DNA from: Abditibacteriaceae bacterium
GTDB lineage: Bacteria; Armatimonadota; Abditibacteriia; Abditibacteriales; Abditibacteriaceae
Length of the DNA stretch: 32,076 nucleotides
Reading direction: 5' to 3'
NCBI GenBank assembly: GCA_031372065.1
Contig: JANMKN010000214.1
Location: 1 to 32,076 of the forward strand
How positions within the stretch are numbered: the stretch's first letter is position 1; every line of letters starts with the position of its first letter. The notes below the pieces were generated by a model that saw nothing but the letters and a program-made list of their open reading frames with translations, had not been told where the DNA came from and did not search any database. Made by a program: the position numbers and the translations under genes. Positions 15,119-24,800 of this stretch are shown in pieces.

Positions 15119-16351
15119 TTAGCCGCCTATAATCGCAAGCCACTGGCTGTTGGCATTGTTGACGGCGCTGTAAGGCGGCAATTCGGCTGCCGCGAAATCG
15201 GTTTGGAAACCTTGCGCGTTTTGCGCCGACAGTTGGCTATTTAGCGACAACTTCGACGATGGACGGGCCGGACGAAAATTGTAGTTCACCCCATCACCCA
15301 GCGATTCGTCGCTGCCCAAAAATTGGATGAATTCCTGCCCGCCTTGTTTTTGCTCTGGCGTGACCCATGAACCACTCAATACCGCCACTGAATAATCGGA
15401 AACCATCGCCGGACGCGGATAAATTACTACTAAATTAGGATTGGAAGTCGCCGCGCCGAGCGCCAGATTTTCATAAGACGTTATCACGTCATAGCGTCCC
15501 GGATCGCGCACGAAGGCTTTGAATAAAGCCGAGGAACCATTACGCGCGTCGGCATCGAAAACCAAGCCTTTTTTAATATCGCGCAGAAAACTTTGAAAGC
15601 CGCTACTGACGGCCAATTTTTCAAAACTCTGATTCATGCCGGTTTGCTGTCCGTAAGCATAAAGCATTGAGCCAAGTGTCAAAAAACCGCTGTTGGCTTT
15701 GAGCGGATCAGCCGTGGAAAAGCGAAATTTGCCCCACGGCGCTTTGGTTTGGCCGCTACACAAAGCGCGCATGGCGCCCCACGGATTCGCGCCGCCCAAA
15801 AGTGGCTTCAAAAAGGCCGCTTTGTTTTTTGTGGTAACAAAAACAATCGGGCTGCGAAAATACACGCGAAAAGCGTTGCCGTCGTCCATGTTTATCAATC
15901 GCTTGCCTTTTTTCGACTGCCAGACTTCATCCACACGCGAGGCAAAAGCACTCGAACTGGGCGCATAGAGAATTGGCTGCTTGGCGCCGCTGATAATGGC
16001 GTGCATCGCTTCTCGTGACTCTTCGGTTGTAATCGTCACTTCATAGCGCCCGGCATTTTTGGCGTTGAATTTTGTGATTTCATCTTGTAGCCAGCCGCCT
16101 TTTGACGGACTGGTCAAAAGCAAAAGCTGCGTGCCGCCATTGCCAGAATTGGTGCTGGCATTGCTTCCCGAATTATCGCCGGAATTACTTTTAGAATTGC
16201 CGTTGGAATTACCAGAGTTGCCATTGGCTTTCCCCGGCAATGAAGGCAGCTTAAAACCGCCTGCGCCTTTGCCAATCATACGCCATGCGCCGATGCCAAA
16301 GCCGATGACCAAAAGAAACAAAACAACTTTGCCGGGACCTGTTAATTTCAT
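15119..16351 (-). CDS. Membrane-anchored extracellular solute-binding (PBP type 2) protein of the kind often linked to vWA domains
   Basis: N-terminal TM, Gly/Asn/Ser linker, then QPILYAPSSS, SPIVF, TADPLKANSG, YENLAL, VIYP and FIQFL. Confidence 0.8.
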   Translation of the reverse strand: MKLTGPGKVVLFLLVIGFGIGAWRMIGKGAGGFKLPSLPGKANGNSGNSNGNSKSNSGDNSGSNASTNSGNGGTQLLLLTSPSKGGWLQDEITKFNAKNAGRYEVTITTEESREAMHAIISGAKQPILYAPSSSAFASRVDEVWQSKKGKRLINMDDGNAFRVYFRSPIVFVTTKNKAAFLKPLLGGANPWGAMRALCSGQTKAPWGKFRFSTADPLKANSGFLTLGSMLYAYGQQTGMNQSFEKLAVSSGFQSFLRDIKKGLVFDADARNGSSALFKAFVRDPGRYDVITSYENLALGAATSNPNLVVIYPRPAMVSDYSVAVLSGSWVTPEQKQGGQEFIQFLGSDESLGDGVNYNFRPARPSSKLSLNSQLSAQNAQGFQTDFAAAELPPYSAVNNANSQWLAIIGG

Positions 16352-16416
16352 GAGAATCCTTCACGCTTTCTGGAACGATATTTTATTAACTTCGGATTAA
16401 GTTTGCTTTAAGCAAC

Positions 16417-17709
16417 TTAACGCGCACTTGCACAAAGCGCGTCCAAACGCGCGAAAAAATCGGGAAATGTCTTCGCCACGCAACCCGGATCGAGGATTTC
16501 CACGCCCGGCGTCACCAAACCTGTAATCGCAAAACTCATCGCTATGCGGTGGTCTTCGTAAGTCTCGATTTGCGCCGCGCGCAATTGACTTCGCGGATGA
16601 ATCGTCAGGCTGTCCTCGCCTTCTTCGACTTGCACGCCCAAACGCCGCAATTCGCTGACAATGGCGTGAATGCGATCCGTTTCCTTGTGGCGGATGTGGC
16701 CGATATTGCGAATTGTAGTTGGCGAATCAGCAAACGGTGCGATAGCCGCCAAAGTCATCACCGTATCGGAAATGGCGTTCATATCCACATCTACGCCGCG
16801 CAATTGCTGTGGGCCGCGCACTTCGATGTAATCGTCGCCTTTTTCAACAGCGCAACCCATTTTCTCTAATACATCTACGAACGCGGCGTCGCCTTGCAAC
16901 GCTTCTTTGCCGATGCCCAAAACGCGCACACGCCCGCCCGTTACGGCGGCAGCGGCCCAAAAATAACTGGCGCCTGAGGCATCCGGTTCGATGTTGTAAT
17001 TTTGCGCGCGATATTTTTGCCCGCCGCGAATCGAAAAGTGCCGCAGATTTTCATGCGACACTTCAATGCCCCACTGTTGCATCATGCGCAGCGTGATTTC
17101 GATATACGGCTGCGAAAACAATTCGCCTTCGATTTCGATTTCAACATCGTTTGCGCAAAGCGGCGCAACCATAAGCAAAGCGCTCAACGGTTGACTGCTT
17201 TTGGCGGCCCGCATCACAACTTGGCCGCCTTTTAAGCCATTGGCGCGCACTGTGATTGGCAAGCAGTCAGTGCCATTATCGTCGCGCGCGTCGGCGCCCA
17301 TTTGTTGCAAAGCCGAAAGCAAATCGCCAATAGGACGCTCGCGCATTCGCGGCACACCATCAATGTGAAAAGTGCCCTGTCCCAGCGCCAAAAGCGCCGT
17401 CAAAAAGCGCGCGCTGGTGCCCGAATTGCCGACGAAAAGTTCGGCTTCGCTGGAGGGGAGAATGCCGCCTTGCCCTTGCACTTCAAACAATTCTTCTTCG
17501 GCATCAGCGCGCACCGAAATTCCCAAATGGCGCAGCGATTCGCCCATGTAATGCGTATCGTCCGAAAACAAGGCGCCTTCCAAACGCGAAGGGCCATCGG
17601 CCAAAGCCGCCAACAAAAGCGCGCGATTGGTGATGCTTTTCGAGCCGGGCACGCGCACAAGGCCCTCGATAGGCCGCAATACGGGTTTTATGAGAAGCGA
17701 ATCGGTCAT
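16417..17709 (-). CDS. aroA: 3-phosphoshikimate 1-carboxyvinyltransferase (EPSP synthase)
   Basis: VPGSKSITNRALLLAALA, GNSGTSARFL, RMRERPI, SSQ, RHKETDRI, DHRIAMSF, KTFP. Confidence 0.97.
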   Translation of the reverse strand: MTDSLLIKPVLRPIEGLVRVPGSKSITNRALLLAALADGPSRLEGALFSDDTHYMGESLRHLGISVRADAEEELFEVQGQGGILPSSEAELFVGNSGTSARFLTALLALGQGTFHIDGVPRMRERPIGDLLSALQQMGADARDDNGTDCLPITVRANGLKGGQVVMRAAKSSQPLSALLMVAPLCANDVEIEIEGELFSQPYIEITLRMMQQWGIEVSHENLRHFSIRGGQKYRAQNYNIEPDASGASYFWAAAAVTGGRVRVLGIGKEALQGDAAFVDVLEKMGCAVEKGDDYIEVRGPQQLRGVDVDMNAISDTVMTLAAIAPFADSPTTIRNIGHIRHKETDRIHAIVSELRRLGVQVEEGEDSLTIHPRSQLRAAQIETYEDHRIAMSFAITGLVTPGVEILDPGCVAKTFPDFFARLDALCASAR

Positions 17710-18563
17710 GAATATCTTTTTTCGCTCAGTTCTTTCAAAAGTTGTTTTTGTTCGTCGGCATGATGACGCACAACGGCTTCGAGGTCGTCCACACGTTGCA
17801 ACAACAGGCCGATTTCCACTTCGGCTTTGGTGTTGATTTGGTGGTCAATTTCCGCCGCAATGCGGTCTTTGGCGACTTCCTGATTCTGGCTGATTAAGAC
17901 AAAAATTGATAGCAGCGAGGCTTCCAAGCCGGTTATTAAAGCCAAAATATCATGCGGCGACGGGTCGAATGGCGTGCCGGGAAACCACGGCTGATTCAGC
18001 AAAAGCCAAAAGCAAAATAAAATCGTGTGCGCCACTAAAAACGGCATACTGCCTGCGATGCCGGCCACTTTATTGGCGAGTTTCAAGCCTGCGGTTTGCC
18101 GCTCGTCGTCCATCTCGTTGACGTTGCGGCTGACCGCCTGACGGAGCAGCGAATCGGTGCGATGTAAGCGGTGCCCCAGTTCCATCAAAACCGTAATGGC
18201 CGCTTGCGGATGGCGTTCTAAGAATTCAAGAAAGTCCTCGCGGTGCAAAGTCAGCGCTTGCACGCTTTCGGTGGCTTGCACACGCGCCGAACGCGGCTCG
18301 CCCGTGAGCATCGAAAGTTCGCCGAAAAACCCACCCGCGCCCGCTTCGCCGACGACAAGTTCATTGCCGTCGCTGCCATGCACAGCAATTTTGGCGCGTC
18401 CTTCCAACACCACGAAAAAATCGTTGCCCGGTTCGCCTTCCCGAATGATAACGGTGCCGGGCGCAAAACTAACCGGCGTCATCATGCGCAGCACATCGCG
18501 CAAATCGTCATCGCTCATGTGCGCAAAGAGCGGCACTTGCCGCAACGCAGTTAAATCTTCCAT
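17706..18563 (-). CDS. Cyclic nucleotide-binding domain plus DUF1003 membrane domain protein
   Basis: Phosphate-binding cassette FFGELSMLTGEPRSARV. DUF1003-like GSMPF..FDPSP..LEASLLSIFVLISQN. ATGA overlap with aroA. Confidence 0.9.
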   Translation of the reverse strand: MEDLTALRQVPLFAHMSDDDLRDVLRMMTPVSFAPGTVIIREGEPGNDFFVVLEGRAKIAVHGSDGNELVVGEAGAGGFFGELSMLTGEPRSARVQATESVQALTLHREDFLEFLERHPQAAITVLMELGHRLHRTDSLLRQAVSRNVNEMDDERQTAGLKLANKVAGIAGSMPFLVAHTILFCFWLLLNQPWFPGTPFDPSPHDILALITGLEASLLSIFVLISQNQEVAKDRIAAEIDHQINTKAEVEIGLLLQRVDDLEAVVRHHADEQKQLLKELSEKRYS

Positions 18564-18631
18564 TTCGTTCTGCCGTCGCTTAATTTGACACGTTTGGCGA
18601 AGCGACTCAAGGTTTAAAACAAAGTAAGTGC

Positions 18632-18667
18632 AAAAAACGGAGCCGACAATGCTGCCAGCCCCGCTTT
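18632..18667 (-). terminator. Rho-independent terminator after the esterase gene
   Basis: Minus strand GCGGGGCTGGCA-gcat-TGTCGGCTCCGT (with G-U pairs) followed by a T run. Confidence 0.6.
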
Positions 18668-18719
18668 AAATGCAAACACGGAATCTCGGACTCTTTCTTC
18701 AATCCAGAGCACTTCCGAC

Positions 18720-19910
18720 CTACTCTTTTGGATAATCGCGCCACAACCAGCGCAGCGTGTCAGGAAAGACCGCGCGGCCATGACTGGGGCTATGTTGGCC
18801 TTGACCGAAAACGAATTTGTAATCATATTTGGCAAACGCGAGCGACTTCGCCATTTGCTGATTGGCGAGCGGCCAGTTGCCGTTGTTGTTGTCGAGATCG
18901 TTGGAGCCGTCTTGCAAGAAAACGCGAATCGGTTTGGACGGCGTTTTGCGAATGAGTGCTTCGTAGTTGTGCCCGCCTTCGCGCATTGTCGGGCCGTTGG
19001 CGATGTTGGTGAAACTGCCGATCCAACTGACGACTTTGCCGAATGCTTCCGGCTTTTGCCACGTGACCGTAAACGCGCAGATGCCGCCGCTGCTCAGGCC
19101 ACAAACCGCGCGCGAAGCTGCGTCGTGCTTGAGTTTCACGGTCTTTTCGACTTCGGGCAAGATTTCTTCCAGCAAAAAACGCGCGTATTGGTCGGAAAGC
19201 GTATCGTATTCAAAGCTGCGATTGCTTTTCCCGCCCGGCCCAACGCCGGGATCAAGAAAAATGCCGACCGTGACGGGCATTTCGCCTTTGGCAATCATGT
19301 TATCGAAGACTTTGGCGGTGTAGTCTTTGTAGCCGCCACCATCTTGAAAAACCATCACGCAAGCCGGTTTTGCCTCGTTGTATTGGGCCGGGACATAAGT
19401 CCACCATTTGCGTTCGGTGCCGGGAAAAATGGTGCTTTTCCAAATCGGCATCTCGGTCACTTTGCCTTTGGGCGCGCCTTGCTCGGTGGCTTCAATCGGC
19501 GTGGTGTAAACCTCCAAAAAGCTGCCGCCGACATCTTTGCTGTCCACCTCGTAGTTCCAGCGAAAGCCGGTGCCTTCAGGAAGCGAAACCGCTGCGGCCC
19601 AAATGTTGGAGGTGCCCAATTTTGTCAAGGGCAACTTCCAATCGCTGGTGCGCGAAACGACGCTGACCTTTTGCGCTCCGTCTGACTCGTAGGCCCATAC
19701 GGTGTCGAGTTGATCTACTTTGGGGTTGGCTCCGGTCTGCAAATTTTTAGCGCCAAACCAGCCGCGCAGACGCTCCGCTAATTGTGTCGCGGCTTCGCCT
19801 TGCGGGTTCGCGGCAAGAGCGAGTTGCGCGCTTTTGGGTGTGAGTTGTTCTTGAGCTTGCAATGGCAAAGCCAAAAGCCCAGCCAGCAAAACAGTAGTGA
19901 TGAATTTCAT
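18720..19910 (-). CDS. Secreted Fes/enterochelin esterase-like alpha/beta hydrolase
   Basis: Signal peptide MKFITTVLLAGLLALPLQA from ATG 19910. YVPAQY, VFQDG, NRSFEYD, nucleophile GLSSGG. The 5' extension in the ORF track overlaps the divergent gene and is rejected. Confidence 0.88.
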   Translation of the reverse strand: MKFITTVLLAGLLALPLQAQEQLTPKSAQLALAANPQGEAATQLAERLRGWFGAKNLQTGANPKVDQLDTVWAYESDGAQKVSVVSRTSDWKLPLTKLGTSNIWAAAVSLPEGTGFRWNYEVDSKDVGGSFLEVYTTPIEATEQGAPKGKVTEMPIWKSTIFPGTERKWWTYVPAQYNEAKPACVMVFQDGGGYKDYTAKVFDNMIAKGEMPVTVGIFLDPGVGPGGKSNRSFEYDTLSDQYARFLLEEILPEVEKTVKLKHDAASRAVCGLSSGGICAFTVTWQKPEAFGKVVSWIGSFTNIANGPTMREGGHNYEALIRKTPSKPIRVFLQDGSNDLDNNNGNWPLANQQMAKSLAFAKYDYKFVFGQGQHSPSHGRAVFPDTLRWLWRDYPKE

Positions 19911-19923
19911 GGATAACCTTTCA

Positions 19924-19945
19924 GCGGGCGAGACGCCCGCGCTCC
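19924..19945. repeat. REP-like palindrome, copy 2
   Basis: Identical 22-mer to 2023-2044, between divergent starts. Confidence 0.75.
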
Positions 19946-19974
19946 GTATGAATAATATGAATAAACTGCGCAGC

Positions 19975-20988
19975 ATGAAAAAAGTGCTTTCCCTGCCGCC
20001 GTCATCGCATATCGAATTGATGTTCGCGCCGGAAGTTTGGGCCACGCTGACGAGCGAATTTGCAGTGACCGTCAACGACGAGCCAAAACAAAAAACATCC
20101 GACGAATTACGCGATTGCATCGGCGAATTCGACGCGGTTTTGACCGGTTGGGGCAGTCCGCGTTTCACGCGCGAAGTTTTGCAAGCCGCGACCAATTTGC
20201 AAATCGTGGCGCACACTGCCGGTTCGCCACGCGCGATTTTCGATGACGATGCAGTGAACGAAATTCTCATCCCGCGCGGCATCACGGTTTATACCGGCGC
20301 GAGCAGCATGGCGCGCAACGTGGCCGAATTCACCATTGGCGTGATGATTCAAGGTGCGCGGCACATTTCGCAGCACGAAGCCGCTTTTCGCGCCCAAAAA
20401 CGCGGCGGAGCCGATTTTCCACGCGCCGCGCAAGGGCTTTTAGGCGCTACGGTGGGAATCGTTTCGGCTTCAATGGTCGGGCGCCAAGTGATGCGCGTTT
20501 TGCAGCCGTTCGACTGCGAAATTTTGCTTTTCGACCCGCTAATTTTGCCCGAAGCCGCGCGGCAACTCGGCGCGCAAAAAGTGGAACTGGACGAACTGTT
20601 CGAGCGCAGCGACATCGTGAGTTTGCACGCGCCGAATTTGCCCGCCACGCAAAAAATGATCGGCGCCGCGCAACTGCAAAAACTGCGCGATGGCGCGACT
20701 TTTATCAACACTTCGCGCGGCGGCGTGGTCGATCAAGAAGCGCTGTTGGCCGAATGTCAAAGCGGACGAATTATCGCCGCGTTGGACGTGACCGAACCCG
20801 AACCCCTGCCGCCCGACAGCGCGTTTTGGAATCTGCCAAACGTCATTCTTACACCGCACATCGCGGGCAAAGGCCAAGCCGGTTATTACGGCATCGGCCA
20901 AGGCGCATTAGAGGCCCTGCGCGATTGCTTTGCAGGTCGTCCCGTAGCGGGCGCTGTGCCGCTGGGACATTACGAGTTCGTGGCTTAG
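19975..20988 (+). CDS. D-isomer-specific 2-hydroxyacid dehydrogenase family protein
   Basis: LTGWG, HTAGS, VAEF, VGIVSASMVGR, SLHAP, INTSRG, LDVTEPEP, TPHIAG. Start at ATG 19975 (TAAACT 7 nt upstream). Confidence 0.9.
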   Translation: MKKVLSLPPSSHIELMFAPEVWATLTSEFAVTVNDEPKQKTSDELRDCIGEFDAVLTGWGSPRFTREVLQAATNLQIVAHTAGSPRAIFDDDAVNEILIPRGITVYTGASSMARNVAEFTIGVMIQGARHISQHEAAFRAQKRGGADFPRAAQGLLGATVGIVSASMVGRQVMRVLQPFDCEILLFDPLILPEAARQLGAQKVELDELFERSDIVSLHAPNLPATQKMIGAAQLQKLRDGATFINTSRGGVVDQEALLAECQSGRIIAALDVTEPEPLPPDSAFWNLPNVILTPHIAGKGQAGYYGIGQGALEALRDCFAGRPVAGAVPLGHYEFVA

Positions 20989-21068
20989 GAAGCAGGAGGC
21001 AGCGGCAGGAGGCAGTAACTACTTTGGTTTTCTGCTTACTGCAATCCGCCTCCTGCCTCCTGACTACT
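20987..21068. repeat. Inverted heptamer-repeat hairpin (AGGAGGC/CTGCCTC family)
   Basis: aggaagc-aggaggc-agcggc-aggaggc, then ctgctta-ctgcaat-ccgcctc-ctgcctc-ctgacta. Confidence 0.7.
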
Positions 21069-21077
21069 CTCCCTCTT

Positions 21078-21740
21078 ATGCTGCTTGATTTAATCGTCGC
21101 GCGTTACAACGAAAATTTAAATTGGCTGCGGCGCGTGCCGAAATCGTTGCGCGTCACGGTTTACGATAAAAGCGGCGAGAACACGCCGAACGCCATCGTT
21201 TTGCCCAACATCGGACGCGAAGCGCACACTTATTTGTGGCACATTGTAGAAAATTACGCGGCGCTGGCTGAGATGACAATTTTTTGTCAGGGCAAGCCGT
21301 TTGATCATGCTTATGATTTTCATCAATCGCTGCGAAATTTAGCCGAAACGCCTGTTTCGGACGGTTTTCTGCCACTGGGCCACATCGTAGATACCGACAA
21401 CGCACGCGGACAATGGCTTTTCACGCGTTGGAGCAAAAATCAAGACGGGCACGAACTGGATATGCGCGGTTTTCATCGCGCTCTTTTTGGCAACGAGGGG
21501 CCAGAAGAATACACGTTTCGCCTCGGCGCGCAGTTTGGTGTGACGCGGCAAATCATTCGTAATCGCCCGCGAGAATTTTATGAACGCGCCTTGCAAGTGG
21601 CGATAAATTTCCCTGATGCTGCGCACTGTTTCGAGCGCAGTTGGCCGCTGTTTTTTGGCGCCGCAAATCCCGATTTGGCGTGGCTTGAAGGCCGTAAAAC
21701 GGCCTATTTAAAACCGATTCGACGTTTAGCGAACGAATGA
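21078..21740 (+). CDS. DUF3431-family protein
   Basis: IVARYNENLNWL, LPNIGREAHTYLWHIVENY, IFCQGKPFDH, AHCFERSW. True start ATG 21078. Confidence 0.82.
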   Translation: MLLDLIVARYNENLNWLRRVPKSLRVTVYDKSGENTPNAIVLPNIGREAHTYLWHIVENYAALAEMTIFCQGKPFDHAYDFHQSLRNLAETPVSDGFLPLGHIVDTDNARGQWLFTRWSKNQDGHELDMRGFHRALFGNEGPEEYTFRLGAQFGVTRQIIRNRPREFYERALQVAINFPDAAHCFERSWPLFFGAANPDLAWLEGRKTAYLKPIRRLANE

Positions 21741-21759
21741 CTTTTGGAAGCCTCATTTA

Positions 21760-21803
21760 CAAAACGGGCGCGCATGATTTCATAAATCGTGCGCGCCCGT
21801 TTG
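21760..21803. terminator. Bidirectional terminator between convergent genes
   Basis: AAACGGGCGCGCATGATTT-cat-AAATCGTGCGCGCCCGTTT. Confidence 0.8.
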
Positions 21804-21838
21804 CTCCTTCCGCGAGTAGCAGGTTTTGTCAGAGGTTC

Positions 21839-24800
21839 TTACCCCGAACCGTCATCGTTGGTAATCGTGCCGATACCGCGCGCCTTGCTTACCGAGGCGT
21901 TGACCACGCCAGACAGCAACACGAAGAACGTCTCATTGGGTTCGGCGAGAACATCACCTTTCACCTCGACAGTTATCTTTTGACTCGTAATGTGGTTAGG
22001 ACCACCAAAATTCAGCGAGCCACCTTTCAAGGTGTAGTCACTGGTGGACTTGGCCGTGCCATCCGCTGTGGCGTATAAAACGGAGATCGCTTTTTCGCTG
22101 GCACCCACTAAAGTCACAGTGAAAATGAAATTAGTGAAGCCGGAGCCGCCTTCCTGCTTACTCACATCGTCAATGATCAATGATGGCGACGTATCGTCGT
22201 CCAGAATGGTGCCTGTTCCCGTATTGCTGCCTGCGGTAATTGTGGCGTTTTCGGGTGACGATATCTTCGCCACGAATGTCTCGTTTTCCTCATCCAGCGT
22301 GTCGCCATTGATCGTTACATGGGCAATACCGACCGTCGTTCCGGCGCTGATGGAAACAACTACAGGCGCCGCAGATGTAACCGGAACGTAGTCCACGTTG
22401 GCCGCTGCCGGAAACACACCGGTGCCGGCGGGGCTGTTCGCGGTGGTGAGGGCAACCTTGACGACTTTGCCGCTGGCGGCGGAAAGCGTGACGTGGAACG
22501 TTGCTGAAAGTTGGCCGCCATTACCTTCCTTGGTAATCGGACTATCAATGGACACCGTGGGAGGCGCATCGTCATCGGTGATCGTAGCTTGGACACGCGA
22601 TGTGCTGATTTTGCCATTGACGGGCGTCGTCAAAAAAACGAAGAGATTCTCATCGAATTCGTCGGTGGAATCCGTGCTTATCGGAACGCTGAATTGCGAG
22701 GACGACTGGCCCACGAGAATAACCAGATTCTGCCGTGTCGCTGTATAGTCACCCGGCGCTTTGGCGGTGCCGTCCGTAGTGTTCCATGTGACAGTGACCG
22801 GTCGGCCACTCACGAGGGAAGCGCCTACCGCGTCCACCAAATTGACCTTGAAGTTGGCAAACTTGACGCCTCCCGTGCCTTCACTCACGGTAACGTCACC
22901 CGTCGAGATAATCGGCAGCGCGTCGTTATCAATGATGGTGCCAACACCTTTGGCCACAGTGATTTCGGCAACGGTGGGCACACTGAGATTGACGAAAAAG
23001 GTTTCATCGTCTTCGTCCAAGTTATCGCCTTTGATGGGCACAATTATGATGCCTTTAGTTTGATTGGCTGGGATTGTCAAAGTGCCGGATGTGGCGACAT
23101 AGTCCTTGCCTGCCTCGGCTTTACCCATCGCAGCGTTGGTGTCCGCCGTAGCGTATTTGACCGTCACGTCTTGCGGTACCGTATCGGACAACGTCACGGT
23201 GAAATTCAAAGTCTTGTTGGCATCACCCAAATTGCCTTCGAGAATGCTGGGGCTGTTAATGGACAGTTTGGTTTTGTCGTCGTTGGTGATGGTGCCCTTT
23301 GCCTGCAAAGTGGGCTGCAAATTGTTCAGCGTGGCATTGGTCGGATTACTCAACGTGACCCGGAAAGTTTCGTCCGCTTCGTAATTCGTATCGCCGAAGA
23401 TAGGCACAAAAATTTTGCCGTTGTCTTGTCCGGCAGGAATGACCAGCTTACCCGGCGAGACACTATCCGAATCGAAAGCAGTGCCGTAATCGTTGCCCAC
23501 CGTGGCAGTAGTGCCGGTGATGTCATCGGAGACTGCGTAATCCACCGTCACGGTCTTGCTGCTTGTCGCTGGCAGTTTGACAATGATTTCCATGATGGTG
23601 GTGCCCGCGTTGCCTTCTACGAGGGATACGGGATCCATGAAAAGCAACGGCGACGCATTCAGAGTGATGTCGGTGCTAGGGGTGTAAACCTGATTCAGCA
23701 CAATATTCGTCTTCGGCGAATTCACTACATCGAAACCGGCTGCAACGCTGGCGCCGGATTGCGCTTGGACAATCTTGAAGTTTTGGTTGGCGGTCGGCGC
23801 AAATCCGTTTATGTAACTCGCATTCAAGGTGCCGCCCATTTGTAAGGTCGAGGGGAAATTGGAAAGCGCCACGATACGGTCGAATTGAGTGCCGCCAGTC
23901 GTGCCGCCGATTTCCATGTTAATAGCGCCACCAGTATTGAACAGGTTGCTGGTGCCAGTATTGATGTTGAGAGTGCCAGCTTTTCCCACGCCGCCGACGT
24001 TCAGCGTGCCTTGGTTGATAAGAACGCTGGTCATACTCGTCGTGCCAGCGAAGGTGTTGAATATGCCTTTGTTGGTGAACTGACCCTCAATCGCATCGCC
24101 CGCCGCATTAATGTTGTAGTTGCCACCATCATTGATAAGTGGATCAACGAGCGTTTTTAGCGGAGCGCCGCCGTTCCAGTTCATGGTGCCTTTATTCGTC
24201 CACACTTGGTTGTCGTGGAAAAACTTGCTTCCGGAGCCACTCATGTTCACTGTTAGTCCGGCATCAAAGGTAAGGGCACCGCTGTAAAAATCACTATTCA
24301 GCCAATTCACGGTGCGCGCACCAAAGGGATCGGTGACAATCAATTTAGCGGCATTACATTGCACATTGGGAATGACATTGTCCGCTGCATCGCCCAGTTG
24401 CAGCGTGCCGTTCACTGTGATGTTGCCATTCAAGAACATTTGCGCTGCATCGCATTCAAATGTGCCGGCGCCGGAGATGACAGTTCCGGCGTTCAATTCG
24501 GAGATGTTGCCGCCCTTGATGGCCATGATTCCCGTATCGGTTTTCAAAACTCCCGTATTCATGTTTTTCAGCAGACCCAGATTAACTGTTCCGCTGCCCA
24601 GTGTTTTTTGGATAAGCCCATAGTTGATGACGATGCCCCCAACGCCAGCATCTTGGAACGTGCCATTCCTTGGCAAAACAATGGTGCCGATGTTTGTGAT
24701 GTCGGCATAGAGGTAACCGGGGCCATTCCATGTGAACTTGCCCTGATTGGTAATCCCCGAAACGGCACGGAGGAACTGGCCAGAGGAACCTATCGCAAAT

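Noticed and set aside
16417..17709. aroA as a functional part of the PspA/AAA module
   Set aside because: It is a housekeeping shikimate enzyme. Co-orientation alone is not evidence of a link.
18780..19685. 301-aa plus-strand ORF, and similar long antisense ORFs (4072-4650, 22511-23845)
   Set aside because: These are shadows of well-supported genes on the opposite strand with no recognisable motifs.
19911..20285. N-terminal extensions of the esterase (to 20285), DUF3431 (from 20754) and cca (to 4683)
   Set aside because: They overlap neighbouring genes or repeats. Signal peptide, RBS or -10 placement support the shorter starts.
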